A stretch of DNA of 60,319 bases, counting the filler. It is 3 parts of 3 records of this genome, joined end to end, with 100 filler letters (N's around TTAATTAATTAA, not from the genome) between each part and the next. Parts side by side here need not be neighbours in the genome. Positions count along the whole stretch, not along the records: positions 1 to 23,311 come from SRR22947727_23; 2 more parts are not named here. One strand, given 5' to 3'. Of the stretch, positions 10,137-20,101 are shown one piece after another; the stretch's first letter is position 1, and every line of letters starts with the position of its first letter. Under the pieces are notes generated by a model, which had not been told where the DNA came from, made no database searches, and saw only the letters and a list, made by a program, of their open reading frames with translations. Made by a program: the position numbers and the translations under genes.

Positions 10137-10587
10137 TTTTAGATTTCTTCTTTTTTATTCTCCATCTCGATCCTTCTCTTACTATATAACCACAACAATT
10201 TTTTGAACCACATCGGCATTTATAATTTTTATAATCATCATCAAAACTAAACCCATAGTCATAAGAAAATTCCTCATTTTTTTTTATATCTTTTATTGAA
10301 TGTACCCAAACTTTTAAACCTTTCCCAGTTACCTCACAATTTGGATCGCATGAATGGTTAATTAGTCTAGCTGTATTAAACTTAAAGTCTCCATCAAGGT
10401 CGAATCTTTTATTTAAATTAAAAAGGTAAATTGCTTTTTCGTTATCGTACTTAGGATTTTCTTCAGCCACTTTTCTTGTAATAACTTTGCCTTTGTATTC
10501 TATTATCTTGGTTCCCTTTTTTATATCTCTAGTAGCATACAAACCTAAATTGTCAATTTTAGATCTTTTAGTTTTATATAGCCTCAC
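10126..10587 (-). CDS. SET-domain protein-lysine methyltransferase with post-SET motif
   Basis: GLYA..DI.KG, ARLINHSCDPNC, EEFSYDYG, post-SET CRCGSKNCCGYI. GTG start overlaps the dapE stop (GTGA). Confidence 0.93.
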   Translation of the reverse strand: MRLYKTKRSKIDNLGLYATRDIKKGTKIIEYKGKVITRKVAEENPKYDNEKAIYLFNLNKRFDLDGDFKFNTARLINHSCDPNCEVTGKGLKVWVHSIKDIKKNEEFSYDYGFSFDDDYKNYKCRCGSKNCCGYIVREGSRWRIKKKKSKNGK

Positions 10588-11741
10588 TTAAAATAGTCCT
10601 CGAGGATATTTTGATAGATTTTAGTTAAATTTTTTAAATCTTTTAAAGAGACACACTCATCAATCTTATGCATAGTCTTATTAACTAATCCAAATTCAAG
10701 GCAAGGAGAAATTTTTCTTATGAATCTTGCATCAGATGTACCCCCAGTTGTAGAAAATTTAGGTGTTATTTTAGTAACTTTTTTAATTATTTTTTTTGCC
10801 ATATAAATTGTGTCATTAGGTTTAGTTAGAAAAGACTCACCACTTACATGAAAGTCCATTTTAAATTTACATTTATTTTTTTTGCTTATACTTTTGACAA
10901 CTGTACTAACTTTTTTTTTTAAACTACTCGATGTGTGTAGATTATTAAATCTAATATTAAATTGAGCTCTTGCTGATGCTGGTATAACATTGGCCGCTTT
11001 ATTATCCACATTTATTGAAGTAAACTCTAAATTAGAAGGCTGAAAATTTTTATTTCCCTGATCAAGTTTTATTTTTTTAAGCTTTCTACATATTGCTACT
11101 AATGTATTAATTGGATTATTTACCAAGTGAGGGTAAGCAACATGACCTTGTGTACCTAAAATCTTGATTAAACCAGACAAGCTTCCACGCCTTCCGATTT
11201 TAATCATCTCTCCAAGTTTATTAGGATTTGTTGGCTCACCAACAATACAAAAATCTATTTTCTCTTTCTTTTTTTTTAAATAATCAACCACCTTTTTTGT
11301 TCCATTAATTGCCAAACCTTCCTCATCACCAGTAATTAAAAAACTTATGGAACCATTAAATCTTTTTTCTTTTTTTACAAATTTGTCTACAGCAACTAAA
11401 AAACAAGCAATGGAACTTTTCATATCATTAGCGCCTCTGCCTATTAAATAATTTTTTTTAACAATCGGCTTGAAAGGGTTGACTGTCCAATCTTTTATAT
11501 TCCCTGGAGGAACAACATCTGTATGTCCTGCATAACATAAATTAGGACCCTTTTTTCCTAATCTTGCATATAAATTTTTAATCGGTTTACTTTTTTTATC
11601 TTTAAACTCTAAAATTTTGCAATCGAAACCAAGTTTTTTTAATTGTTTAGTTAAATATCCTATTACCCCAGCATCTTTTGGGGTAACACTTGGAAATTTA
11701 ATCAGCTCTTTAGCTAATGTTAGTTCATTAATGTTAGGCAT
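10584..11741 (-). CDS. dapE: Succinyl-diaminopimelate desuccinylase
   Basis: GHTDVVP, GRGANDMKS, TGDEEG, GEPT, GHVAYPH, TGGTSDARF. Follows dapD. Confidence 0.97.
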   Translation of the reverse strand: MPNINELTLAKELIKFPSVTPKDAGVIGYLTKQLKKLGFDCKILEFKDKKSKPIKNLYARLGKKGPNLCYAGHTDVVPPGNIKDWTVNPFKPIVKKNYLIGRGANDMKSSIACFLVAVDKFVKKEKRFNGSISFLITGDEEGLAINGTKKVVDYLKKKKEKIDFCIVGEPTNPNKLGEMIKIGRRGSLSGLIKILGTQGHVAYPHLVNNPINTLVAICRKLKKIKLDQGNKNFQPSNLEFTSINVDNKAANVIPASARAQFNIRFNNLHTSSSLKKKVSTVVKSISKKNKCKFKMDFHVSGESFLTKPNDTIYMAKKIIKKVTKITPKFSTTGGTSDARFIRKISPCLEFGLVNKTMHKIDECVSLKDLKNLTKIYQNILEDYFK

Positions 11742-12568
11742 TAGTCTCTTAGTAAATCATTAATTGATGTTTTGCTTCTAGTTTTTGAGTCTACTTTTTT
11801 AACAATAACAGCGCAATACAATGAAGGACCATCTGGATTAGTTTTATTCGGCAAACTACCTGGAACAACAACAGAATATGCTGGAACTTTTCCATATGTA
11901 ATTTCTCCCGTAGCCCTATCAATAATTTTTGTAGATGCTCCTATGTAAACTCCCATTGAAATAACTGCTCCTTGTTCAACCAATACTCCCTCAGCTATTT
12001 CAGATCTAGCCCCAACAAAACAATTATCTTCAATTATTACTGGACCAGCTTGTAACGGTTCAAGCACACCACCTATTCCTGCTCCACCTGAGATATGACA
12101 ATTTTTCCCAACCTGCGCACAGGAACCAACCGAAGCCCAGGTGTCTATCATTGTACCCTCATCAACATAAGCTCCAAGATTCACAAAGGAAGGCATAAGA
12201 ACAACATTTTTTGCGATGAAAGAACCTCTTCTTACAACACCGTTAGGCACATGCCTGTAACCAGCTTTTTTCCAATCTTTTTCTTTCCATTTAACAGTCT
12301 TACCGGGGACTTTGTCATACCATGTTGTATATGGCCCTTTTGACATTGTCATTTTGTTAACTCTAAAACTTAAAAGAATAGCCTTCTTTATCCATTGATT
12401 AACAACCCATGACCCATCAATTTTATTAGCAACTCTTATTTTTCCAAAATCTACCAAATCAATAGTTTCATTAATTGCTTTAATAACTTTTTTATCTGAC
12501 TTAGGATTTATTTTTTCTTTTTGCTCAAAACTATTGTTTATAATTTTTTCTAATTTATCTGTGTTCAT
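11741..12568 (-). CDS. dapD: Tetrahydrodipicolinate N-succinyltransferase
   Basis: [48 protein letters not shown]. Confidence 0.98.
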   Translation of the reverse strand: MNTDKLEKIINNSFEQKEKINPKSDKKVIKAINETIDLVDFGKIRVANKIDGSWVVNQWIKKAILLSFRVNKMTMSKGPYTTWYDKVPGKTVKWKEKDWKKAGYRHVPNGVVRRGSFIAKNVVLMPSFVNLGAYVDEGTMIDTWASVGSCAQVGKNCHISGGAGIGGVLEPLQAGPVIIEDNCFVGARSEIAEGVLVEQGAVISMGVYIGASTKIIDRATGEITYGKVPAYSVVVPGSLPNKTNPDGPSLYCAVIVKKVDSKTRSKTSINDLLRD

Positions 12569-13220
12569 TTATCTCCTTTAAAAATTTTGTAAGACTTCCA
12601 GTTTTATAATTAACAAATTCTTCGTCTGAATATTTTGCAGCCCAAGGTTCGTTATTTTCTATCCAAACTGTTTTCATTCCTAATTCATACGCAGGTTTTA
12701 AATTTCTGGCAATATCTTCAAAGAATATACAATATTCTGGCACGATTTTATAATTTTCTATAATTTTTTTATAGGGCTCTAGTGATGGTTTAGGGTAAAA
12801 ATCAGAGTCGACAATATCAAAAACGCCGTCAAACAATTGTTCTATCCCTATTCTTGATGTGACATTAGAGGCGTGAGCTTTAGAACCATTGGTAAAAATG
12901 ATTTTTTTTCCTTTCAATTTTTCAATTTCTTTTTTCAAAGGTTCATCTTTTTCTAAAAATTCAAGATCTACATCATGCACAAATTCTAAAAATTCATTAG
13001 CGTCTATATCATGGTTTTTAATCATACCATTTAAAGTTGTATTATATTCATGAAAATAATTTTTTTGAATTTTTTTTGCCTCTTCTAAACTTACTTTTAA
13101 TTTTTCTGAAATAAATTTAGACATTTTTTTATCAACTTGATCGAAAACTTTTGTATCTCCAGAGTAAAGGGTATTATCTAAATCAAACAACCAAAATTTT
13201 ATTTTAGATAAATCTTTCAT
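12555..13220 (-). CDS. HAD-family pyrimidine 5'-nucleotidase
   Basis: [27 protein letters not shown]. Usual position between argB and dapD. Confidence 0.9.
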   Translation of the reverse strand: MKDLSKIKFWLFDLDNTLYSGDTKVFDQVDKKMSKFISEKLKVSLEEAKKIQKNYFHEYNTTLNGMIKNHDIDANEFLEFVHDVDLEFLEKDEPLKKEIEKLKGKKIIFTNGSKAHASNVTSRIGIEQLFDGVFDIVDSDFYPKPSLEPYKKIIENYKIVPEYCIFFEDIARNLKPAYELGMKTVWIENNEPWAAKYSDEEFVNYKTGSLTKFLKEINEHR

Positions 13221-14086
13221 TTTCTTATTAGCGTCCCAGAACCTTGATCAGAAAAAATTTCATGCAATATCGAATGAGGTTTCCTTCCATCAAGTATTAC
13301 AACTCCCCTAACTCCATTTTCAACTGCGTCAACACAATTTTTTATTTTAGGAATCATGCCGCCTTGAACAACTTTCCATTTAATAAGATTTTCAAGATCT
13401 AAAGGTTTTATTTCTGATATTAGTTTTTTTTTATCATCGTAGACTCCTTGGACATTTGTCATCAATAGCAATCTTCTAGATTTGAGTTTCTTTGCTATAG
13501 CGCTTGCAGCTGTATCGCCGTTTATATTATATGTTTGATTATTAGGACCAATGCCAAGTGGAGCAACAATAGGAATTTGATTTTGATTTAAAGAATTATT
13601 TAACAATTGAAAATTGATTTTATTTGGTATTCCAACAAATCCAAGTTCTTTTTTTTCAGGCTTAACTTCAATTACATTATTTTTTTTGGTATGAAATGAA
13701 ATTGCGCTAGAGCCTAATTTTTTTAAAGAGGAGACTATGTCTTGATTAAACTCAACAAGAACGTCCTCAACTACATTAATAATATCTTTATCAGTGACTC
13801 TTAAGCCGTCAATAAATTTTGATACAATTTTCTTCTTATCTAACTCTCTTTTTATTCTTGGTCCACCACCGTGAACTATTATGATTGAGAGACCTAATTT
13901 ATTTAAAATATTTATGTCTGAAACGAAATTATTAAAAACATTTCTATCGATTAAAACGTTTCCTCCATATTTAATTACAATTTTTTCTCCTTTGTACTTT
14001 AAAACATATTTTTGAACGTTATTTATGTCTGGAGCATTGTCAGGCCAAAATTTCTTTATTTCTTCAAACGAAATATCTTGAGACAT
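13217..14086 (-). CDS. argB: Acetylglutamate kinase
   Basis: VIKYGGN, VHGGGP, GLRVTD, NINGDTAA, GGMIPK. Confidence 0.97.
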   Translation of the reverse strand: MSQDISFEEIKKFWPDNAPDINNVQKYVLKYKGEKIVIKYGGNVLIDRNVFNNFVSDINILNKLGLSIIIVHGGGPRIKRELDKKKIVSKFIDGLRVTDKDIINVVEDVLVEFNQDIVSSLKKLGSSAISFHTKKNNVIEVKPEKKELGFVGIPNKINFQLLNNSLNQNQIPIVAPLGIGPNNQTYNINGDTAASAIAKKLKSRRLLLMTNVQGVYDDKKKLISEIKPLDLENLIKWKVVQGGMIPKIKNCVDAVENGVRGVVILDGRKPHSILHEIFSDQGSGTLIRK

Positions 14087-15784
14087 TTAATTTGTTTTAA
14101 CAGTTGTTTTTTTAACAATTACATATTGTTGAGCGATTGTTAAAATATTATTAACTGTCCAATAAACAACTAATCCTGAAGGGAATGAAGCTAAGATGAT
14201 TGTTAAGAACAATGGAAAAAATGCAAAAATTTTAGCTTGAATAGGATCTGTCGGTGCAGGGTTAAGTTTTTGCTGAACCCACATCGATGCACCCATCAAA
14301 ATCGGCCATATTCCAATTACCATAAAACTTGGAGGATCCCATGGTATTAATCCAAATAAATTAAAAATTGATGTTGGGTCAGCAGCTGAAAGATCTTTGA
14401 TCCACCCAAAGAAAGGCTGATGTCTCATTTCTAGAGAAATAAATAGCATTTTATAAATTGCAAAAAAGAAAGGTATTTGAATTAAAACCGGCAAACAACC
14501 TGAAGCAGGATTAATTTTTTCTTTTCTGTATAAAGCCATCATCTCTTGCTGAAGTTTAACCTTGTCGTCCTTATGAAGCTCTTTAAGTCTCGTCATTTCA
14601 GGCTGAACAGCTTTCATTTTTGCCATTGATCTAAACGAAAAGTTTGCGAGAGGAAAAAATATTAACCTAATAGCAATAGTAATTAAAACTATTGCAGTTC
14701 CAAAATTACCTGAAAGTTTAAATAAGTAGTCAATTACAAAAAATAAAGGCTTAGTAAAAAAGTAGAACCAACCCCAGTCTATAACTAAATCCAATTTACT
14801 AATATTTTGATTTTCAGCATATGTATCAATTGTCTCAACTTCTTTAGCCGCAACAAACAGCCTTAGACTGTTTTTTCCACTTGCAGAAGCATCAACTTTC
14901 ACGGGTTCATTGATTATATAATTAGCTTTAAAACTGTTATTATATTGAAAAGTTGATTTAAAATTTTTTCCTTTTTCTGGGACCAGAACGGTCATCCAGT
15001 ATTTATCTGTGATACCAAACCATCCTTCATTTGTTTCCCTTACTATTTTATTATCCTCTATATCGTCATAATCATCTTCTTTTAGCTCATCATCAAATAC
15101 CCCAATATATCCTTCGTGTGAGATGTAAAAATTTTGAATGTCATCAGGAATTTTGTTTCTTGTAATTTGAGCGTAAGGATAAAGTTCTATATTTTTTGGC
15201 GAATTATTTTTAATGCTTTGGCTGATTTTAAATAAATATTTGTCATCTAATTCGATTTTTTTCTTAAAAGTTACACCTTCTTGGTTATCCCATTTTAATG
15301 TTACTGGAGACGTGTTTGTTAAAATCTTATTGCCTTCCACCTGCCATTTGGAATTTTTAGTTGGAACCTTCACTTCATTACCAATGCTGGCCCAACCAGA
15401 CTCTACATAAAAACCATTTTCTGTTTGAGAAGGGTTTAAAAATTCAATATTTTTATCACCATCAACTTTTTGTTTGTGATTTTTAAAAGAAATGTCATCA
15501 ATTAATCCTCCTTCCAGAGAAATAGACCCGATAATATTATTATTTTCAATTTTGATTCTATCTGACTTTTTAATTGAGTCATTTCTTGAAATCTTCTTTT
15601 CAATATTTAATTGGTTTATTTCAGGTGCCTTGCTTGCACTAGGTTGTATAGAGTTGTCTTTTTTTTCTATTTGTTTATTTGTTTTATTTTCAATATTATT
15701 TTTTGGTGTTTCAAAAAAAGCACCCCAAAATAATAAAACTGACATGGATAAAGCGATAGCTACAAATACATTTCTATTATCCAT
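14087..15784 (-). CDS. yidC: Membrane protein insertase YidC
   Basis: IDWGWFYFFTKP, SMAKMK..QP, INPASGCLP.LIQIP, GLVVYW. Start placed at MDNRNVFVAIALS (15784). Confidence 0.97.
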   Translation of the reverse strand: MDNRNVFVAIALSMSVLLFWGAFFETPKNNIENKTNKQIEKKDNSIQPSASKAPEINQLNIEKKISRNDSIKKSDRIKIENNNIIGSISLEGGLIDDISFKNHKQKVDGDKNIEFLNPSQTENGFYVESGWASIGNEVKVPTKNSKWQVEGNKILTNTSPVTLKWDNQEGVTFKKKIELDDKYLFKISQSIKNNSPKNIELYPYAQITRNKIPDDIQNFYISHEGYIGVFDDELKEDDYDDIEDNKIVRETNEGWFGITDKYWMTVLVPEKGKNFKSTFQYNNSFKANYIINEPVKVDASASGKNSLRLFVAAKEVETIDTYAENQNISKLDLVIDWGWFYFFTKPLFFVIDYLFKLSGNFGTAIVLITIAIRLIFFPLANFSFRSMAKMKAVQPEMTRLKELHKDDKVKLQQEMMALYRKEKINPASGCLPVLIQIPFFFAIYKMLFISLEMRHQPFFGWIKDLSAADPTSIFNLFGLIPWDPPSFMVIGIWPILMGASMWVQQKLNPAPTDPIQAKIFAFFPLFLTIILASFPSGLVVYWTVNNILTIAQQYVIVKKTTVKTN

Positions 15785-16046
15785 TATTTTTCTTTCCGTT
15801 AATCTTGGTATGGTTAGGTACAAAATCATAATCTGATCCACCACCTAAGATTTTAAATGGGTGACAACTCAAAATTCTTCTTAAGCCAAATAAAGATCCT
15901 TTGTATAGACCATATTTTTTTAAAGATTCAATATAGTACTCAGAACAAGGAGTTAAATATCTACAATTATTTCCTAATAAAGGTGAAAATAAATATTTAT
16001 AAATCTTAATAAGTTTTATTTTTAAATTAACTAATATTTTATTCAT
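15777..16046 (-). CDS. yidD: Membrane protein insertion efficiency factor
   Basis: SPLLGNNCRY..PCSEY, RILSCHP. Sits between rnpA and yidC. Confidence 0.92.
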   Translation of the reverse strand: MNKILVNLKIKLIKIYKYLFSPLLGNNCRYLTPCSEYYIESLKKYGLYKGSLFGLRRILSCHPFKILGGGSDYDFVPNHTKINGKKNNG

Positions 16047-16397
16047 TTAAATCTTAATTTTATTAAAGCACTTTTCCATAACGGGCATTAATACAGTTTG
16101 TTTTTGTGTATAAGCATTTGGTTTACCCAAAACTATATATGTATAATCTTTACTAATTGCACCTCTTTTTTTCAGAAGTTTTTGAACAATAGCTTTTAGT
16201 TTCCTTCTTATTTTGTTTCTTTTAACGGCGTTACCGATTTTTTTTTTCATTACAAAGCTAATGAGTAAACTTGATTTATTTTCAGGTTGAAAAAAATTTT
16301 TTGTTGCAAAAATTGAAAAAAATTCTGAATGGATTCTTTTTTCTTTTAATGTTTTTTTGAATTGGTAGCTTTTTTTTAAGCTTTCAAGCTTAACCAT
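16047..16397 (-). CDS. rnpA: Ribonuclease P protein component
   Basis: KKIGNAVKRNKIRRKLK (RNR-like motif). Follows rpmH. Confidence 0.92.
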   Translation of the reverse strand: MVKLESLKKSYQFKKTLKEKRIHSEFFSIFATKNFFQPENKSSLLISFVMKKKIGNAVKRNKIRRKLKAIVQKLLKKRGAISKDYTYIVLGKPNAYTQKQTVLMPVMEKCFNKIKI

Positions 16398-16406
16398 TTA
16401 AATAGA

Positions 16407-16541
16407 TTATGTTGAAAGAGTTTTTCTTCCTTTTGCTCTTCGTCTGGCTATTAGCTGTCGACCAGTTTTAGTTGCCATTCTGGCACGAAAACCATGTCTT
16501 CGTTTTCTAACTAAATTGCTTGGTTGATAAGTTCTTTTCAT
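16407..16541 (-). CDS. rpmH: 50S ribosomal protein bL34 (not in ORF track)
   Basis: Manual translation [44 protein letters not shown], 44 aa. Confidence 0.98.
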   Translation of the reverse strand: MKRTYQPSNLVRKRRHGFRARMATKTGRQLIARRRAKGRKTLST

Positions 16542-16591
16542 AAATATTAAAAGGTATATATTTTAAATGATGTCTATTGTACAGGTAAAAT

Positions 16592-17308
16592 ATGAATAAA
16601 AGTATCAAGATTACCCTGGGATCAATTTATTTAATTATTTTGATTACTTTTTTATATTTTCTATTATCAAAATTCGACACCTCCCGAATTAGCGACTTTT
16701 CCTATTACAAAGAAATTCAAATTAATTTGGAGGAAATAATTGGAAAAAATTTAATAGTTAATCTCATTCTATTTTCAGTATTTTCAGTTATCTGGGTAGT
16801 GCTATTAGGATTTGGCTCACCTTTGCTTATTCTATCTGGAATTTTATTTGGCAAATGGGTTGGTACCGCTATTTCTACAGTATCTATTTCAGTTGGTGCT
16901 TTAAGTTTGTACATAATTGCAAGCTATTTCTTTAAAGATTTAGTAAATCAACTTTTAAAAGATAAATTTGAAAAATATATAGAACGTTTTCAAAGAAATG
17001 AATTTTATTATTTTTTTGCTTTTAGATTAGCCGGTGGTTTAGGAATACCGTTTTTTTTACAAAATGTACTGCCAGTAATTTTTAAAATGAAAAACTTCAA
17101 TTATTTTTTTGCCAGTTTTTTAGGTTTCGCCCCTATTTTTTTTATTTGGAATACAATCGGTTCAGGTATTAATAAATTTATTAAGGTGGCAGATGAATTT
17201 AATTTTATCAACCTAATTTTAAGTAGAGAAATTTACTTTCCTTTGATTATATTTATAATTTTAATTTTAGGATCTTTAATTGTAAAAAAAAAATTTTTTA
17301 ATGATTAA
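16592..17308 (+). CDS. DedA/VTT-domain (TVP38/TMEM64-like) membrane protein
   Basis: Several TM segments, SGILFGKWVG, FRL...IPF..QN, FFASFLGFAP. Confidence 0.85.
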   Translation: MNKSIKITLGSIYLIILITFLYFLLSKFDTSRISDFSYYKEIQINLEEIIGKNLIVNLILFSVFSVIWVVLLGFGSPLLILSGILFGKWVGTAISTVSISVGALSLYIIASYFFKDLVNQLLKDKFEKYIERFQRNEFYYFFAFRLAGGLGIPFFLQNVLPVIFKMKNFNYFFASFLGFAPIFFIWNTIGSGINKFIKVADEFNFINLILSREIYFPLIIFIILILGSLIVKKKFFND

Positions 17309-19031
17309 TATAAATAATAATAATCTAGTAAATGATCCTAGTCCTTATTTACAGCAACATAAAGATAATCCAGTTCATTGGCAAACATGGTCTCCAGATA
17401 TAATAAAAATTGCTAAGAATAAATCTAAACCAATTTTATTAAGTATTGGTTATGCAAGTTGTCACTGGTGTCATGTTATGGCGCATGAAAGTTTTGAAGA
17501 TAATGAAACAGCAGATTTAATGAATAAATATTTCATAAACATTAAAGTTGATAGAGAAGAAAGACCAGATCTTGACTTTGTATTTCAAAGTTCTTTTCAA
17601 CTTTTTAATCAAGCAGGCGGTGGTTGGCCTCTAACGATGTTTCTCGATGAAAATGGAGTTCCTTTTATGGGAGGAACTTATTTTCCAAAAAATCCTCAAA
17701 ACGGACTCCCTTCGTTTAAAGAAGTATTACAAAAGATTAATGACGCTTATCAAGAACAAAAAAAAAATATTATTCAGCAAAAAGATTTAATTATTAAAAA
17801 TTTAGATTTAAAAAAAAATTCAGTATTAAGTCAGGATCTAGAGCCAATCATTGAGACCTCTTTAACCTATCTGGATCCAATTAAAGGAGGATATAAAGGT
17901 GCACCTAAATTTCCTACATTTAATTTGTATGAAACACTTTTATATTTTTACAATAAGACAAAGCAAAAAAAATATTTAGATCCAGTAGTTCTAATAATTA
18001 ATCAAATTACTACTAAAGGAATTTACGATCACGTTGAGGGCGGAATTGCTAGATACACCGTCGACGAAAATTGGATCGTACCTCATTTTGAAAAAATGCT
18101 TTATGACAATACACAATTTATTCTACTTTTATCTAAGTATTGTAAAATTATTAACGAAGATTACTTTAAAAAAAAACTTGAACAGACAATAGAGTTTTTA
18201 AATAAGGAATTTATAAACAAAGATAATCTTTTAGGATCTGCTTTTGATGCTGATAGTGAAGGTGTAGAAGGAAAATATTATGTTTATGACCACGCAGAAA
18301 TAAAAGATATTGAAAATATTGGTAATTACTTTGAATTAGATCCTAAAGGAAATTGGGAAAATAAAACTATTTTAGTAGAAAAAAAAATACCTCCAAAAGA
18401 AATTATTGATAAACTTTTAATGATTAGAAGTAAGAAAAAAAAACCATTTTTTGATAGTAAAACTCAGTTAGATTTAAATTGTTTATGGATAAGTGCATTA
18501 ATTTCAGCTCATGATATTTTACCAAAAAATAGTTATTTAAAATTAGCTGAGGATTTTTATTCAAGAATAGAAGATAAATATATCAAGAAGAATATTCAAC
18601 ACAGCTACTCAAAAGAAGTAGTCTTTTTAGAGGATTATGCTTTTTTAATTAATGCATTGAATGACCTTTCGGATAAAACAATGAACTTTAGATACAAAGA
18701 TCAAGCTAAAAAATTATGTAAAGAGGCAATTACTAAATTTTATGTTGAAGAAAAACATATTTTCCAAAAAAACAAAATAACAAATAATGATATTTTTTTT
18801 AAGCCAATTGATATAGGTGACAATACAATACCAAATGGCAATGCAGTAATGCTAATTAATTTAATAAGGCTCGGAATGATGGAGGAAGCAAAAAAAATTA
18901 CAGATAGCCTTAATGGATATTTAAATATTTATAAAAATCATATGATGACAGCAATAAGGGCAATAGATTTTTTCAATAATATCAAAGAAGGAAAAAACTG
19001 TAACGAGCAAGGTTGTAAAATCGATGAATAA
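17301..19031 (+). CDS. Thioredoxin-domain protein of the YyaL/SSP411 (DUF255) family
   Basis: SPYLQQHKDNPVHW, SIGYASCHWCHVMAHESFE, KVDREERPD, GGWPL, VPHFEKMLYDN, DADSEG.EG. Confidence 0.93.
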   Translation: MININNNNLVNDPSPYLQQHKDNPVHWQTWSPDIIKIAKNKSKPILLSIGYASCHWCHVMAHESFEDNETADLMNKYFINIKVDREERPDLDFVFQSSFQLFNQAGGGWPLTMFLDENGVPFMGGTYFPKNPQNGLPSFKEVLQKINDAYQEQKKNIIQQKDLIIKNLDLKKNSVLSQDLEPIIETSLTYLDPIKGGYKGAPKFPTFNLYETLLYFYNKTKQKKYLDPVVLIINQITTKGIYDHVEGGIARYTVDENWIVPHFEKMLYDNTQFILLLSKYCKIINEDYFKKKLEQTIEFLNKEFINKDNLLGSAFDADSEGVEGKYYVYDHAEIKDIENIGNYFELDPKGNWENKTILVEKKIPPKEIIDKLLMIRSKKKKPFFDSKTQLDLNCLWISALISAHDILPKNSYLKLAEDFYSRIEDKYIKKNIQHSYSKEVVFLEDYAFLINALNDLSDKTMNFRYKDQAKKLCKEAITKFYVEEKHIFQKNKITNNDIFFKPIDIGDNTIPNGNAVMLINLIRLGMMEEAKKITDSLNGYLNIYKNHMMTAIRAIDFFNNIKEGKNCNEQGCKIDE

Positions 19032-19215
19032 AAAAAAGATTAATTGGGTAGCTTGGTTAATTCTAGTTATTTTATGGAATTATGGTTTTCCAAATGCAAC
19101 TCCACTTCAAGATGTACTGGTTGCCGTAATTTTGTCGATATTATTTATGATTATTGCAAAATTACAATCAAGAGACTTGCAAAATCCCAGTTCAAGAAGT
19201 AAATTTAAAAATTAA
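19024..19215 (+). CDS. Small two-helix membrane protein
   Basis: Two hydrophobic segments flank WNYGFPNATPLQD. Start overlaps the upstream gene. Confidence 0.65.
   Translation: MNKKKINWVAWLILVILWNYGFPNATPLQDVLVAVILSILFMIIAKLQSRDLQNPSSRSKFKN
19177..19205 (+). promoter_or_regulatory. Putative sigma70 promoter TTGCAA-N17-TAAATT
   Basis: -35 at 19177-19182, 17-nt spacer, -10 at 19200-19205. Followed by SD-like GAAGGGA and ATG at 19232. Confidence 0.5.
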
Positions 19216-19231
19216 TGAAGGGACGCTTATT

Positions 19232-19426
19232 ATGGGAATCCATTACGATTACAAATCTACACGTGGTGATAAAGCCATGAAAAAAGAGGCTAAGCGTAAA
19301 GCCAGAATAGAGCAAAGAAGGGCAAAGCGTTCCAACAGCAGTTCTAGTGAGTCCGAAGAAAAAATAATGCACGATATTGATAAGCCAATAACGTTAGAGG
19401 ACTTAACCAACCCAGACAAAAACTAG
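19232..19426 (+). CDS. Small charged hypothetical protein, 64 aa
   Basis: MGIHYDYKSTRGDKAMKKEAKRKARIEQRRAKRS...; ATG at 19232 has SD-like and promoter-like signals upstream. Confidence 0.7.
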   Translation: MGIHYDYKSTRGDKAMKKEAKRKARIEQRRAKRSNSSSSESEEKIMHDIDKPITLEDLTNPDKN

Positions 19427-19435
19427 TTATTTTTA

Positions 19436-19558
19436 ATGAAATCTTTTGAAAAAAAAGATTCTTTATTAAAAAACCGCGAGGATGCTCTAAAGAGAAACTT
19501 AAAAAAGAGAAAAAAATCAAAAAAAAGAAAAGAAAAAAATGTCAGTACTTTCAGATAA
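19436..19558 (+). CDS. Small basic protein, 40 aa (not in ORF track)
   Basis: Manual translation [40 protein letters not shown]. The AL..NL..RK pattern resembles, from recall, small alphaproteobacterial ORFs upstream of murA. Overlaps the dcd start. Confidence 0.6.
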   Translation: MKSFEKKDSLLKNREDALKRNLKKRKKSKKRKEKNVSTFR

Positions 19559-20093
19559 ATGGATTAAAAAGATTACAAAAGAAAAAGGAATGATCAAGCC
19601 TTTTGTTAGTAAACAGGTGAGAAAAGGAAAGATTTCTTTTGGACTGTCCTCTTATGGATATGACGCCAGAGTTTCTAATGAATTTAAAATTTTTACAAAT
19701 GTTAACTCAGGTATAGTTGATCCTAAGGTTTTTAAAAAAGAGAGTTTTGTTACTAAAATTGGCAAAGAATGTATAATTCCTCCTAATTCCTTTGCTTTAG
19801 CAAGAACAATGGAATATTTTAAAATTCCTGATAATATTTTGGTAATTTGTTTGGGTAAATCAACCTATGCAAGATGTGGAATTATAGTGAATGTAACACC
19901 TCTAGAACCAGGATGGGAAGGTCATGTTACATTAGAATTTTCAAACACCACTCCTTTACCAGCAAAAATATATGCTAATGAGGGCGTGGCTCAATTTATC
20001 TTTTTGAGAGGCAATGAAAAACCAAGTGTTACCTACGCTAATAGAAAAGGTAAATACATGAAACAAAAAGGTGTAACACTCCCAAAAGTTTAA
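19539..20093 (+). CDS. dcd: dCTP deaminase
   Basis: [38 protein letters not shown]. Confidence 0.97.
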   Translation: MSVLSDKWIKKITKEKGMIKPFVSKQVRKGKISFGLSSYGYDARVSNEFKIFTNVNSGIVDPKVFKKESFVTKIGKECIIPPNSFALARTMEYFKIPDNILVICLGKSTYARCGIIVNVTPLEPGWEGHVTLEFSNTTPLPAKIYANEGVAQFIFLRGNEKPSVTYANRKGKYMKQKGVTLPKV

Positions 20094-20101
20094 TTTCTTT
20101 A

